A stretch of 64,000 nucleotides of DNA from a virus (Duplodnaviria > Caudoviricetes): IMG/VR virus record IMGVR_UViG_3300032030_000040, positions 1-64,000 of that record; one strand, written 5' to 3'. This document shows, in pieces, positions 29,567-40,650 of the stretch. Position numbers and translations under genes: made by a program. Under the pieces are notes generated by a model. The model searched no databases. It was not told where the DNA came from and saw nothing but the letters and a program-made list of their open reading frames with translations. Each line of letters starts with the position of its first letter. The first letter of the stretch is position 1.

Positions 29567-29642
29567 TTTGCTTATTTGATAAACTTTTTGTATCTTTGTA
29601 ATAGCAAATAAGATAAGTAACAATATTCAAAACTTTGGCAAT
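29567..29642 (+). promoter_or_regulatory. repeated promoter + conserved leader
   Basis: TTTG 29567-29570, TATTTGATAAA, TATCTTTG 29591-29598, GCAAATAAGATAA 29604-29616, TTCAAAACTT. Confidence 0.85.
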
Positions 29643-29918
29643 ATGACAATCGAAGAGACAAAATCAGCTGCTTATAACAGCATCAAGAACCAGTTGGACG
29701 CTGCCATTGCAAACGGAAGCATCCTGAGTATCAAGGGACTCAAGAAGGCTATTGCGGATATCAAGAAGCGTATCAAGGCCGTTGAGTTCGGAAGTGCTTT
29801 CGCCTCCAGTATGGAAGAACTGCATAAGGCAGAGCTGGCCATTGCCAACCTGTCAGGGCAGAAGCAGGCATACCAGGAGAAACTTGACTGGATAAACGAG
29901 AGAATCAAGAACGCATAA
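29643..29918 (+). CDS. hypothetical coiled-coil protein
   Basis: First gene after the promoter/leader. Confidence 0.7.
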   Translation: MTIEETKSAAYNSIKNQLDAAIANGSILSIKGLKKAIADIKKRIKAVEFGSAFASSMEELHKAELAIANLSGQKQAYQEKLDWINERIKNA

Positions 29919-29929
29919 ATCATACGACT

Positions 29930-30550
29930 ATGGCAAATAAGTTTTTCAGCGTGGAGCTCTACAGCTCCCAGAACGGAGAGATAGTAAGCATCGTGACCAG
30001 CGCACAGCTTGGGGAGAAGGTATCTACCTTTGAAGAGATTCAGGACTACTGCATCGAGCAGGCCAACCGTCATAAGTGCAAGGGGGCAGTCCGCAATGAG
30101 TACGGCATTAAGGCGCTGGACTTCAACTACAGCCCGTCATGCGAGAACAACATCTGCTTCTGCTATGATGAGAATATCCTGCAGGAGTTCATCAAGGCTC
30201 ACCCAGAGCGCAAGACCGTATCAATCAATCCCGTCATGGCGCAGTTCCAACAGTTAAAGGAGAAGCATTCAGACGCATTACTGCTGTTCCGCTTGGGTGA
30301 CTTCTATGAAGCATACGAGGATGATGCACAGATATGCGCAAAGACCCTCGGAATCACGCTAACGAAACGTAGTTCTGACAATATACGGATGGCTGGTTTC
30401 CCACACCATGCGCTTGACACATACCTTCCGAAGCTCGTAAGGGCTGGCTACAGGATTGCCATTTGCGAAAGTGTGGAAAACCAGAGACAGAATAAGGCGA
30501 TCAAGCGAGGTATCACTGAATTAGTAACCCCAAATACAGCAAAACAATGA
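29930..30550 (+). CDS. protein with stand-alone MutS domain I (mismatch-recognition)
   Basis: [26 protein letters not shown]...LGITLTKR...[27 protein letters not shown]. Confidence 0.85.
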   Translation: MANKFFSVELYSSQNGEIVSIVTSAQLGEKVSTFEEIQDYCIEQANRHKCKGAVRNEYGIKALDFNYSPSCENNICFCYDENILQEFIKAHPERKTVSINPVMAQFQQLKEKHSDALLLFRLGDFYEAYEDDAQICAKTLGITLTKRSSDNIRMAGFPHHALDTYLPKLVRAGYRIAICESVENQRQNKAIKRGITELVTPNTAKQ

Positions 30551-31107
30551 GTAAGAAGTGGATATTCCAAGACATTAAGGACGCTCAGGAACAGGTGCTT
30601 TATCGCACCTCTTCCAATGAGCCGATGAAGGAAATGCAGAACAACCTCGAAGCCTATTATGCACGGCTGAGAGAGAAGGTTGAGCCAGAGACATACGTCC
30701 GTTATGAGCTTTGGAAGTGCGATATCTACGTTGACATGGAGTACATCATCTTGGTCACTGAAGCCATCTATGGTGACAAGGTGAGCCGTGAGCAGGTCAC
30801 GGGCTGGGTGTTCAAGCACATCGAGAAGCAGCATTACATCACTGACCAAGACAAGGAGATAAAGAAGATGGCCTATCTTCGGTCACTGTCCTTCAGGGTA
30901 TCGTACATCAAGGGGACTGAGCACTATTCACAGCTGGCCAACTACCAAGGAGCGTTTGACCTCCTGAATGGCAGGCTGCAATACTTCGGAGTGACGAGGG
31001 ACGCCAAGGCAGCAGCCCTCAGAGCCTTTGAGGAAAAGTGCCTTTCCGACGACTGGCATTTCCCGTATGAAGCCGGAGTAATCACCATCACGAAGGCCGA
31101 CGGCTAA
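30547..31107 (+). CDS. hypothetical protein
   Basis: ATGA overlap, 186 aa. Confidence 0.65.
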   Translation: MSKKWIFQDIKDAQEQVLYRTSSNEPMKEMQNNLEAYYARLREKVEPETYVRYELWKCDIYVDMEYIILVTEAIYGDKVSREQVTGWVFKHIEKQHYITDQDKEIKKMAYLRSLSFRVSYIKGTEHYSQLANYQGAFDLLNGRLQYFGVTRDAKAAALRAFEEKCLSDDWHFPYEAGVITITKADG

Positions 31108-31145
31108 TAAAAAATAGTAGAAATGATAAGTTTTTAGGCAAAAAG

Positions 31146-31218
31146 TTTGCATATTTGATAAAATTTGCGTACCTTTGCCGTAGCAAATAAGATAAGTAAC
31201 ATCAAAACTAATAACATT
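31146..31218 (+). promoter_or_regulatory. repeated promoter + conserved leader
   Basis: TTTG 31146-31149, ATATTTGATAAA, TACCTTTG 31170-31177, GCAAATAAGATAA 31183-31195. Confidence 0.85.
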
Positions 31219-31506
31219 ATGGCAAGTAAGGTCTACGAGAACACCGCCAGGCGTATTGTCGCATACAGCGACGACGGGGCTTTCAAGCTAATCGCCACAC
31301 GCAGGGCAAACAAGACTGAGCGTTTCGGACGTGTCGCCTTCGTCGGCTCGTTCTGGACGTTAGAGACATTCCAACGGAATGGTGCTTCCTTTCAGCCCTG
31401 TGTCTTTCAGGGACTACCCTCTCGATTCGATTTGAAGCAGGACGTCATCGACCAGCTCAGGAACTCCGTTAGATTTACTCAGGCCTACAAAGAACTATCC
31501 GTATGA
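31219..31506 (+). CDS. hypothetical protein (start re-assigned to ATG 31219)
   Basis: The track start at 31165 lies inside the promoter; ATG 31219 follows the conserved leader. Confidence 0.65.
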   Translation: MASKVYENTARRIVAYSDDGAFKLIATRRANKTERFGRVAFVGSFWTLETFQRNGASFQPCVFQGLPSRFDLKQDVIDQLRNSVRFTQAYKELSV

Positions 31507-33116
31507 ACATCTTTACAGACAACCCAGATTTCTATCCTACCCCTGTGTCTGTCATCGAGCAGATGATGATGGGTGAGGACTTTATCGGAAAGACAATTCT
31601 TGAACCGTCAGCAGGTAAGGGCAACATCGTTGACTGGCTGAAAGGACATGGCGCAGGTCAGGTCATAGCCTGTGAGAATGACCCGAATATCCGCAAGCTC
31701 CTTGACGGAAAATGTGAGGTCATTGCCAATGACTTCCTGACGGTCACGCCAGAAATGGTGAGCCACATAGACATGATAGTTATGAATCCTCCCTTCAGCA
31801 AGGGTGCCGAGCATATTCTTCATGCCTACGAGATAGCGCCTCCAGGCTGCACCATTACCGCACTGTGCAACAGCGAGACGGTGAACGGGTATAGCCGATA
31901 CGACAAGAACCAGCGCCTTGTTGAGCTGATAGAGAACGAAGGCCGGGCAGAAAGCCTTGGCGCAGTCTTTGAGCATGACGCAGAGAGGCGTACCCGTTGC
32001 TATGTGAGCATGGTCAAGCTCTACAAGCACGGAGAGGGTGACAATGAGTTTGCAGGCTATTTCTTCTCGCAGTACGATGAGGACATGGCCAACGCCAATC
32101 AGCGTGAAGGCATCATGCCGTATAACTTCATCAGGGAACTGGTGAACCGTTACGTATCAGCCGTGAAGATGTTCGATGACGTAATGGAGGCTACCAAGCG
32201 TATCAATGAGGCTGCTACCTATGTGGAATACGTCGATGATGTGAAGTCAACAGGTGAGCCGTGTAAACGTAAGGTCGAGTACGGATATCTGCCTGTTCAG
32301 TTCAAGGCCGTCACCAGTGATGACAGGGCAACGACAGTCAGTCACTCAGGATATCGCAAGGCTCTTCAGAAGTACTATTGGCGTATCATCTTTGACAAGC
32401 TGAATATGCAGAAGTATGCAACGACCAAGCTCCATGAGCAGATAAACAAGTTCATCGAGGACAGCAAGAGTGCGCCCTTCACTATGGCCAACATCTACAG
32501 AATCATTGATATCGTCATTCAGACGACAGGGCAGCGTATGATGTCGGCTCTTGAAGAGGCTTTCGATACTATCTGTTCCTTCTCTGCTGAGAACTCAGGG
32601 GCAGGTGAGAAATGGAAGACAAACGCGAACTATATGGTCAACCGCAAGTTCATCGTGCCTTGGATGACGGAATACGAGCACTACGGCTGTAAGGAGGAAT
32701 ATGTGCGTCTTTCCTATAGCGGAAACCGAAATAAGATGGAGGACGTATGCAAGGCTCTCTGCTATCTTACTGGAGTGGACTATGATTCAATCAAGGACCT
32801 GTCAACGACAGCCGAGCGTGCTCATATGTTTGGGAGCCGTTACATCGGACAGTCGTGGGGTGAGTGGTTCGATTGGGGCTTCTTCCGTTGCAAGGCATAC
32901 AAGAAGGGAACCATGCACTTTGAGTTTCTGGATGAAGAGGTCTGGGAGAGGTTCAACTACGAAGTGGCTGTATATAAATCCAAGACCAAGGGATGGGACT
33001 TGCCTAAGAAGACCCATAAGGAGCGCAAGAAGCCTGAGCGCAAGAAGAAAGAGGCAGCACCAGTGGCAGAGCCAGACGGCCAGCTTGTTATGTTCGGAGA
33101 AATGGCAACAGTATAA
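31503..33116 (+). CDS. N6-adenine methyltransferase fused to DUF4942-like domain
   Basis: DFYPTP, ILEPSAGKG, IVMNPPF; C-terminal WKTN...FFRCKAYKKGTMHFEF. Confidence 0.8.
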   Translation: MNIFTDNPDFYPTPVSVIEQMMMGEDFIGKTILEPSAGKGNIVDWLKGHGAGQVIACENDPNIRKLLDGKCEVIANDFLTVTPEMVSHIDMIVMNPPFSKGAEHILHAYEIAPPGCTITALCNSETVNGYSRYDKNQRLVELIENEGRAESLGAVFEHDAERRTRCYVSMVKLYKHGEGDNEFAGYFFSQYDEDMANANQREGIMPYNFIRELVNRYVSAVKMFDDVMEATKRINEAATYVEYVDDVKSTGEPCKRKVEYGYLPVQFKAVTSDDRATTVSHSGYRKALQKYYWRIIFDKLNMQKYATTKLHEQINKFIEDSKSAPFTMANIYRIIDIVIQTTGQRMMSALEEAFDTICSFSAENSGAGEKWKTNANYMVNRKFIVPWMTEYEHYGCKEEYVRLSYSGNRNKMEDVCKALCYLTGVDYDSIKDLSTTAERAHMFGSRYIGQSWGEWFDWGFFRCKAYKKGTMHFEFLDEEVWERFNYEVAVYKSKTKGWDLPKKTHKERKKPERKKKEAAPVAEPDGQLVMFGEMATV

Positions 33117-33134
33117 ATCTAAAACCAATAGAGT

Positions 33135-33824
33135 ATGGCAATGTTAAAACAAATCACCTTTACTGGTATCGGTGTCGAAACCGATCTGAAAGTGTTGAAA
33201 GAGATTCAGGACGAATACCCACTTGTAGAATGGGGAGTCTTGTTGAGTAAGAACTGGCAGGAGAACGGGCCTCGCTTCTTCGACCCGTCACAGTTGAACA
33301 ACCTACGCTGGCAGGGGTTGAATCTTTCCTGTCATCTGTGTGGTTCTGCAGCCAGAGCCGTTGTAAGCGAGAACTGGGAGCCTGCATTTGAGGTGACACG
33401 GGGAATGTTCGGACTGTTCCAGAGGTGCCAAGTGAACATCAGCATGGAGCAACCGAATGACAAGACACAGTATATGCGTCCGCCCATCGACCTTAGCGAG
33501 CTTATCATCCAGCAGAAATCAGCTGGAGCCATGAACATCTTCAACGCAATCAAGAACCGCACGAAGATGTCCGTGTTGCTCGATGCCTCCGGAGGCCGTG
33601 GCATAGATACGCCAGTCAAGCCGTTAAACATTCCTGGCTTGAAGGTTGGATATGCTGGAGGTCTGAATCCTGATAACGTAGGCGAAAAGCTTGAGTACCT
33701 TATGGAGAATGTCGAAGGCGAGTTCTGGATTGATATGGAAAGCGGAGTGAGGACTGATGACCGTTTCGATATCGACAAGTGCGTTAGTGTCCTGCAGACG
33801 TGCCAGAAGATTATGGAGGGCTGA
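33135..33824 (+). CDS. phosphoribosylanthranilate-isomerase-like TIM-barrel protein
   Basis: LLDASGGRG, GYAGGLNPDNV, WIDMESGVRT. Confidence 0.7.
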   Translation: MAMLKQITFTGIGVETDLKVLKEIQDEYPLVEWGVLLSKNWQENGPRFFDPSQLNNLRWQGLNLSCHLCGSAARAVVSENWEPAFEVTRGMFGLFQRCQVNISMEQPNDKTQYMRPPIDLSELIIQQKSAGAMNIFNAIKNRTKMSVLLDASGGRGIDTPVKPLNIPGLKVGYAGGLNPDNVGEKLEYLMENVEGEFWIDMESGVRTDDRFDIDKCVSVLQTCQKIMEG

Positions 33825-33826
33825 GT

Positions 33827-33970
33827 ATGGTCAAGGAGAGAATCTGCTATTTCTGCAAGAAGTGTGAGAACGTCGGAATGTTCAGCCCTGATTACCAGTG
33901 CAAGGACTCCGGCAAGAAAGTAGAAAGCTCTGACTCATGTTCTGAGTGGGAAGATTACGAAGAGAAATAA
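33827..33970 (+). CDS. 47-aa Cys-rich protein (not in ORF track)
   Basis: MVKERICYFCKKCEN...QC...DSCSEWE. Confidence 0.5.
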   Translation: MVKERICYFCKKCENVGMFSPDYQCKDSGKKVESSDSCSEWEDYEEK

Positions 33971-34065
33971 TTTTTAGTAGTTGCTTGCTGCCTGGGGTCG
34001 TCTGCCTGTCTTGATTAACGGCATGACTAAGTGGACGGCCCCTTTACAGCGAAAACCGAAATGAA

Positions 34066-34572
34066 ATGAAGGAATATACAATCAACGTAAGAACAGACGG
34101 GAGCGCCGTTATAGCGTCAGACCCGTGGAGTCACAGTTGCGAACTGGATGCAGACCCATTCGTTTACAAGGAAGGGATGAAGGTTGTCGATATCTTCAGT
34201 GAAGTTGTGACGATTAAGGAGATTCTAAAGTTCCCTCCTTCAAGGCCTGGCTGTTGTCCTGAGTGGAATATCCGAGTTGAGGAAAACGGGAATACCTACC
34301 GTTATACCGAGATTGCAGGCCCGTTTGTCTGTGAACTTACCAAAGAGCAACTCGATAGGCTGGTAGGAAAGAAGGAAGAGTCAAAGGAACGTGCTGATGG
34401 CGTTTTCGAGGTCGGCGATATCGTCAAGACCAAGAAGGGTATCATGGTTCCTATTATCGACAAGGGAGAGATAAAGTCTGTGCTGTCTGGCGGATGGTAT
34501 GAAGTCATCCATGACGGTTTCATGACCAATGTAAGAGGTACGGCTATGGAGCTGTTTTGCAAACCAAAGTAG
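34066..34572 (+). CDS. hypothetical protein
   Basis: 168-aa ORF in the accessory region. Confidence 0.6.
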   Translation: MKEYTINVRTDGSAVIASDPWSHSCELDADPFVYKEGMKVVDIFSEVVTIKEILKFPPSRPGCCPEWNIRVEENGNTYRYTEIAGPFVCELTKEQLDRLVGKKEESKERADGVFEVGDIVKTKKGIMVPIIDKGEIKSVLSGGWYEVIHDGFMTNVRGTAMELFCKPK

Positions 34573-34841
34573 AGTGGATATGGAGGCGTTAGAGGCAATA
34601 GGCTTAGTGGCAGGTGGAGTGCTTTGTATCATTCTGGCATTAGCAGATATCCTGTTCATCCTGATAACAATCAATTCAGGAAAACTGGAATATGGGAAAA
34701 GGAAGTAATCAGGTCTGTATGCAATGTGAGACGGCCTTCAATGCCATCAATGGGCGTTTCTGTCGGAAGCTCAACGGGTATGTTGAGTATGCCAAAGAGC
34801 CGCCATGTGGGAAAGTCGAGTCAAACCAAAAGCAATGAGAT

Positions 34842-35195
34842 ATGAATAAAGTCAAGCATCTTAAAATGGTCACTTGTTCATGGTTCCCCATGAAGGGTTA
34901 TGTGGCAATAACCATCCTTCGCTGGATGATTGTCAGGAAAGAGTATGTCAACAAGGTTTCTCCGATAGTGAAGAACCATGAGGACATTCACTATGCACAG
35001 GAGCGAGAGCTGTGGTATATCGGTTTCTATCTTATGTACGTGCTGATGTTCGCCTGGAACTTCCTGAAGATATGGAACTGGAGTAAGGCCTACCGTGCCA
35101 TACCGTTTGAGGTGGAAGCGTATGCCAATGCAATGAACCTTGGATATCTGGAAAGCAGAAAACGTTTCGCATGGAAGAAAGGAGGTCAGGGATGA
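34842..35195 (+). CDS. zincin-like small protein
   Basis: NHEDIHYAQ (HExxH) and IPFEVEAY. Confidence 0.65.
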   Translation: MNKVKHLKMVTCSWFPMKGYVAITILRWMIVRKEYVNKVSPIVKNHEDIHYAQERELWYIGFYLMYVLMFAWNFLKIWNWSKAYRAIPFEVEAYANAMNLGYLESRKRFAWKKGGQG

Positions 35196-35337
35196 TTTGC
35201 ACATTCTGCAGGGGCATAGGCTGTCTGTTGAAGAACGGTTGCCTACGCTGGTTGAGGAACCCTCTTCCAGCAGACAAAGACGATCATGCAATAGACAAGT
35301 GTGATGAGGAATCGAGGGACTTATATGTAACGAAGGA

Positions 35338-35993
35338 ATGATGATGGAGAAAGCAGGGAATCAGCAGACTAACGGGAGCATCGAGAACAGGAACCCTGTC
35401 AATGCTCAGGAAGGCATGGAGCTGTTTGTCCTTGGCTATCGTAAGGCCATGAAGGACGTGAAGGCCAGGCTCCTTGCATCGAGGCGTAAGATGGTGGAAG
35501 CCTACGGGAAGAGTCTCGGGACGGTTCCAGACAAGGAGGCTTACCATGGAGCGACGGCTATCATGGCTCTGGAGGTTGAAATGCTCATAGAGGAATTGGG
35601 GAAGGTAGCTGTATGAAGGTACACCGTTTCATGTCTGAGGGGGAATATCTGAAGCTGCTGTCTGGCGAAATGCTCTATAATGACAGCAGGCATGAAGGAT
35701 GGCTGACAACGAGCGTTGGCTTCTGCTTCTTCACGGAAGACCCAGACGATGCCATTCATTGGCTGAGTGGTGTTACAGACCCAGAGTATTGTGTCACGAT
35801 GGAGATTGACGAGAGGTGCCTGAAAAAGTCTGTAGGCCATTATCGCAATCCAGATGGTGGAGCAATAGATAAGACGGAATACAGTTGCATCTTCTATTCG
35901 CTGAAGACCGCAAGGATTCTAAACGTCACGGAGAAATACAGGGACAGGGCAGAGCTCAGGAAGATACTTAGAGAGTTAGGTGTTCTGCCATAA
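35338..35993 (+). CDS. two hypothetical proteins (35338..35616, 35613..35993)
   Basis: ATGA-coupled ORFs. Confidence 0.55.
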
Positions 35994-36030
35994 AAAACTT
36001 GTAATTTTCCCGAAAAAACTTGCCTAAAAA

Positions 36031-36107
36031 TTTGCATATTTGATAAATTCTTTGTACCTTTGAAGTAGCAAATAAGATAAGTTATTCACATTCAAAACTT
36101 CAAGATT
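36031..36107 (+). promoter_or_regulatory. repeated promoter + conserved leader
   Basis: TTTG 36031-36034, ATATTTGATAAA, TACCTTTG 36055-36062, GCAAATAAGATAA 36068-36080, TTCAAAACTT. Confidence 0.85.
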
Positions 36108-36446
36108 ATGGCAAGTACAGTTAAAAACATCGAGAGTGCAAACAAGAGTTTGGTAATGAAGGCAGCTTGGGCTATCCTCAAGAAAGCCGAGGTAAGAACG
36201 TTGAGCGAGGCCATGAAGCAGGCTTGGAAGGCCGTCAAGTTGAAGGTTGCTATGGCCAAGGGCGTAGTGAAGTTCCAGTACCGCAAGGCCAGTGGCGAGA
36301 TTCGTACAGCTATCGGTACCCTGAAATCAGGTGTGGTCAACTATGAGCCGAAGGGTACAACCCGTAAGCCGTGCTACTCTACCGTCGCCTATTGGGACAT
36401 CGAGAAGAAGGGCTTCCGTTCGTTCTGCATCAGCCACTTAATCTAA
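36108..36446 (+). CDS. DUF2693/WYL_2-like SH3 beta-barrel protein
   Basis: VKFQYRKASGEIRTAIGTL...AYWDIEKKGFRSF. Confidence 0.75.
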   Translation: MASTVKNIESANKSLVMKAAWAILKKAEVRTLSEAMKQAWKAVKLKVAMAKGVVKFQYRKASGEIRTAIGTLKSGVVNYEPKGTTRKPCYSTVAYWDIEKKGFRSFCISHLI

Positions 36447-36447
36447 T

Positions 36448-38186
36448 ATGGGAAAGAAGATAAGGAAAGTCGCTAACGGTGTGGAGCTATGGGAAAACGC
36501 CCTGCTCCTCATCCGTTGCCCTAAATGCGGAAAGGAGAACTGGGCACCGCATGTAGCCTCTGGCACCTGTATTTGGTGCGGCTATGATGCAAGGGAGTTA
36601 TTAACACAAGAAGAAAAGGAGAAATTATCATGATACAGAAAGTAAAGCAGCAGTATTACGAAATGGGCTTTCACCTGATGTCGGGTGTGCTCGTTGATGA
36701 GACATTAGCACCGCAACTGGAGGCTGTTCTGTCTGAGACTCGTGAAAAGGTAAAGAAGCTTGTCCTTGAAAACAAGGAGCATATTCTTGAAACCAATTCA
36801 TGCACCGTCTATCCCAAAGGTAAGAGTACAGAAGTTTCCATGTCTATGCCGAAGGGAATATTTGACCTTGGTCTTAAAGGGAAGTTCAAAATAATGGATA
36901 GTGCCCTGGGCATCAATAAGGTCGAGCACGTCTTTGTGTCTGACGAGAGAAGCGAGGAAAAGGTAAAGGCTTTCGCTCAGAGAGCCATCGAAGACGATCT
37001 GGATGCGAAAGGAGGTTCCCTATGAGCAACACGAAGAACGTCCGGCTTGCCATGATTGACGAGCTGGTGACAAGGAACGACGCTAATGTGCGGATGATAA
37101 ACGCCAGAGCGTCACAGTCACGCAAGCCGATGCCTGACGATGACCGCAAAAGGTGTCAGGAGCTACGCAAGGCCAACACATGGCTGGGCAAGGCGAGGTA
37201 CAGCATAGTTCAGGCTATCGCTGGAGCAGGCACCGAAGAGCCGAATCCCATCACGAAGCCCATACTTGCCGTGCGCTGTCATGAGTGCGGAGCAACCTAT
37301 CTTGGCATTGCTCTTGCGTATGGTGTGGACTCGCAGCGTTCTCAGGAAATCATGCAGGCCGTGGCTGATGGTGACGAGGTGTTCATCACAGAGAACGTGC
37401 ATCTGGAGGCGTGTAAGTGCCAGAAGCCGAAGGTTGACCCACAGAGCAGGATGGATAAGGATATCTGTACGGTATGCCGTCATTGCCTGTCCTGTATGTG
37501 TGGTGAAGAGTTCGAGGACTGTAAACTGAAGGAGGCTCATGGATAAGGACGTAAAGCTGTCCTTCTCCCAGCTAAGCAAGATGAAGCACGCCGTAGGGCT
37601 GAACAACATCAATAAGCTGCCGAAGGACGGGAAGTATTCAGCTTACAGGAATTTCTATGCGACACAGAAGGAGGACGTGGATTGGGAAGAGCTTGTGAAG
37701 ATAGGCCTTGCCACCCGTCGCTTCATAGAGTGGAACAAGGAGTATTACTATAATGTCAGTCAGGCTGGGCTTGACTATCTGGGGAAGTTATTTGGTATAA
37801 CCATAAAGGAAATGAAATAGAAAAGTATGATTAAGGATAGTATGTTTTTCGCAGAGCGAACGATAGACGAGTACCGTGATATCAGTTTGCCAAAAGTCGT
37901 GAAAGAGTACCTATTATTCAAGGGTACCCGCAACAAGAAAGGCGAGGCTGTCAACCAGAGAGTACGTCCGAAAGACCTGTGTAGTTCTGCTTTGTTCGTT
38001 TACAAGCTGAAGGACAATGCTACGAACAAGTCCGCAGTGGTGTACTATTGCGAGAGGGCAGCAAGAAGAATGGGTTCCATGGATGGCGAGTTTATTGTTA
38101 TCAATGAAGAGTTCTGGAATGAGTGCGATAAATACAACAACAAAATGACTCAGGGAAGAGACAGAAAGGAGGATAGTCATGGATAA
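36448..38186 (+). CDS. run of small accessory genes (36448..36633 Zn ribbon, 36630..37025, 37022..37546, 37539..37820, 37827..38186)
   Basis: Overlapping or abutting ORFs; CxxC pairs in several. Confidence 0.55.
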
Positions 38187-38850
38187 GTTCATGTTCAACG
38201 AGCGCTTTGGCTTGCAATCAGCAGCCATCGACGGGACAAAGACCGACACCAGACGGATTGAGAAAAGCCTGGCCGTTCTGCCTACAGAACTTGGAGAGGG
38301 TGAATACATGATACCCCATCTGGAGAACGACAGGTTTATCGTAAGGAAGTACTGGAAGGGTGCGCTTCTCGATACCTATACGATAGTGCCGAGGTTCAAG
38401 GTGGGTGATGTTGTGGCCATAGCCCAGAGATACAGTGAGTTCCTTTTGTTCAATCATGCCGTGATGGAAAAAGGAAAGCAAACGACTGCAGGAACCACAA
38501 AAGGCTGGAACAACAAGATGTTCGTGAAGGCTGAGCTTATGCCAAATCGTGTCGAGATTACGAATGTCCGGCTTCAGAGGCTTCAGGATATCAGCGACGA
38601 GGATTGCTTGCATGAGGGAATCAAGGAACATTACCCATATGTAAAATGGAATCCTAATGACAAACTGAAGTCCTACAGGTTCAGAGATAAGAAATCAAAG
38701 TACGGTTACTATCAGCTGTCACCAGTGCGTGACTGTTTCGCAGAGTTTATCAATCGCGTCAGCGGTAAAGGGACATGGGAACGTAACCCGTGGGTTCTGG
38801 CATATTCATTCAAAAGAATCGAAAACAATGGCCAAGAAAGTAAAGAGTAA
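38179..38850 (+). CDS. ASCH/PUA-like phage protein
   Basis: GTKTDTRR, ITNVRLQRLQDISDEDCLHEGI, WERNPWV. Confidence 0.7.
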   Translation: MDKFMFNERFGLQSAAIDGTKTDTRRIEKSLAVLPTELGEGEYMIPHLENDRFIVRKYWKGALLDTYTIVPRFKVGDVVAIAQRYSEFLLFNHAVMEKGKQTTAGTTKGWNNKMFVKAELMPNRVEITNVRLQRLQDISDEDCLHEGIKEHYPYVKWNPNDKLKSYRFRDKKSKYGYYQLSPVRDCFAEFINRVSGKGTWERNPWVLAYSFKRIENNGQESKE

Positions 38851-40512
38851 GTTCCTCATCATCGAGGGCAAGTGTAGCGAGTTCCTGGAAATCGACTTTG
38901 GAGCTGGCGGAGAGACGACGCAGGGCGTTGTAACAGAAGGCCCGTTCAAGGGCTGTGGCTTTATCTCAGTCGGAGGTGGTGGTTTCATGTGCTGTGATGA
39001 CTGCAACAGAGGAATCCTACCGTCAGAGACCTGCTATTATGTGGCCGTGCTCAACCGTATATTCTGCAAGGAGTGTTTTGAGGACTGGCACCAGAGGGCG
39101 ACCTACTATCAGGAGGATGCGCCAAGCGAGAGAAGGAACTATGCAGTGACGGCTTCCAAGTTGGCCAGTATCGGAATCGAGATAGAAGAAGAGTCATGAA
39201 CAAGCCTACAGACGATCAGGTACGCTGGATGGTTCGCCACCCTATTACGACTATTCTATCCTTCGTGTTTGAACTGCCGTTCTATATACTGGAGCTGATG
39301 GAATGGCTCTTGTTAAAAGCGGAAACCAAGGAACAACGTATAATAAGAATCAAGGTGCAAAGAGCAATAGCATATTACATAATAAGGTTTTTCAGATATT
39401 TAGAGTCATGAATACAAGTATAGCAAACAAGGCCATGCTCCGCTTTGCCAAGGAGTATGCACAGAAGAACTGGCTACTCGAAGGATGGGTAAGACCAGAT
39501 GATTTCTGGGCAAACAAGGTTGAAAAGTTCCTGCATCCAGAGAAGCCGCAGGTGATTGAGGTGAGCTTCGTTGCTCCAGTCTTTGATGAAGACAGGGAGA
39601 AGGGGGACTACTGGAAGATTCCGAGAGTGAGGATTGACAGCTATTGGGGACACCCACGGCTCAATGTGGTTGACAAGGAACATAACTTCTGCTGTATCTC
39701 CTATGACCGAGAGACCAACAAATTCAAGGAAGGTCAGTTCTGGGGAGAGCACGGACTGGAGCTTGCTCAGCGAGTCAAGGCAAAAATAGAGTTGTATATC
39801 CAGATGATGAAGGACGGTTACGATATGCAGATAGAACAACAAAAGCAATAGAATATGAAGAACTTACCAGAAAGCATCTTCCTCAACTTAGGAGAACTGT
39901 CTGAGGAAGATTTCAGAGAGACCGATTTTGCGGAGGCCCGCAAGGAGTGGGAAATAACGTGGTGTGAAGACAAGGTGCATGAACACGACATCGAGTATGT
40001 CCGCAAGGACCTGGCAGAAGGTTCCAAGTGGCACAGGTACGATGAAGAGAAGCCCACGAAGGAGCTGAGTGCCTTAGTGGTTCATTCAGATACGAGTTTC
40101 GCCATCCGCTATACCATCAAGGACAGAAAGGGGAACTATGCCCTGCCAAAGAGCGAGAGAGGCTATGCGCCCTTGTTCTGGATGGAGGTGCCACAGATAC
40201 CAGAGGAACTAAATAGAAGGAGAAAGTAATATGGGACATGACCAGCCACAGATGCGGTTTTTTGCCGCAGAGCTTCGCAGGGAGCTCGAGAGGACAGCAG
40301 TGGAAGGCTGCTATTGTGAAGTCGAGGACTACAATGACGGCACGGACGTACCGAAAATCAAGGTGAAGTCGAGTGCGCTCAATCCTGACCAGGCTTCTTT
40401 GTTCTGTCTTGATGAAGTGGTAGAGTACTGCACCGCAAACGAGTTGCATCACTATGTGACAGTAGAACAGCAGCTGAGCGGGACAGTCATACCAATCATC
40501 GTAATCTTCTGA
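38828..40512 (+). CDS. run of small accessory genes (38828..39199, 39196..39411, 39408..39851, 39855..40229, 40231..40512)
   Basis: Coupled ORFs on the coding strand. Confidence 0.5.
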
Positions 40513-40585
40513 CGGCAGTTGCGCTTCCTCAGTACTTACCTTATTTGCTACATGGGAAGTTTTGAATGAGGGGAAGCAGCCGTCT

Positions 40586-40612
40586 GGGGCATCCGCTTTG
40601 GGTGCCCCTTTT
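40586..40612 (+). terminator. intrinsic terminator
   Basis: GGGGCATCC-GCTTT-GGGTGCCCC-TTTT. Confidence 0.75.
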
Positions 40613-40650
40613 CTAAAAAAGTTGTCGAACAAAATGAAGGAGAAATAGAA

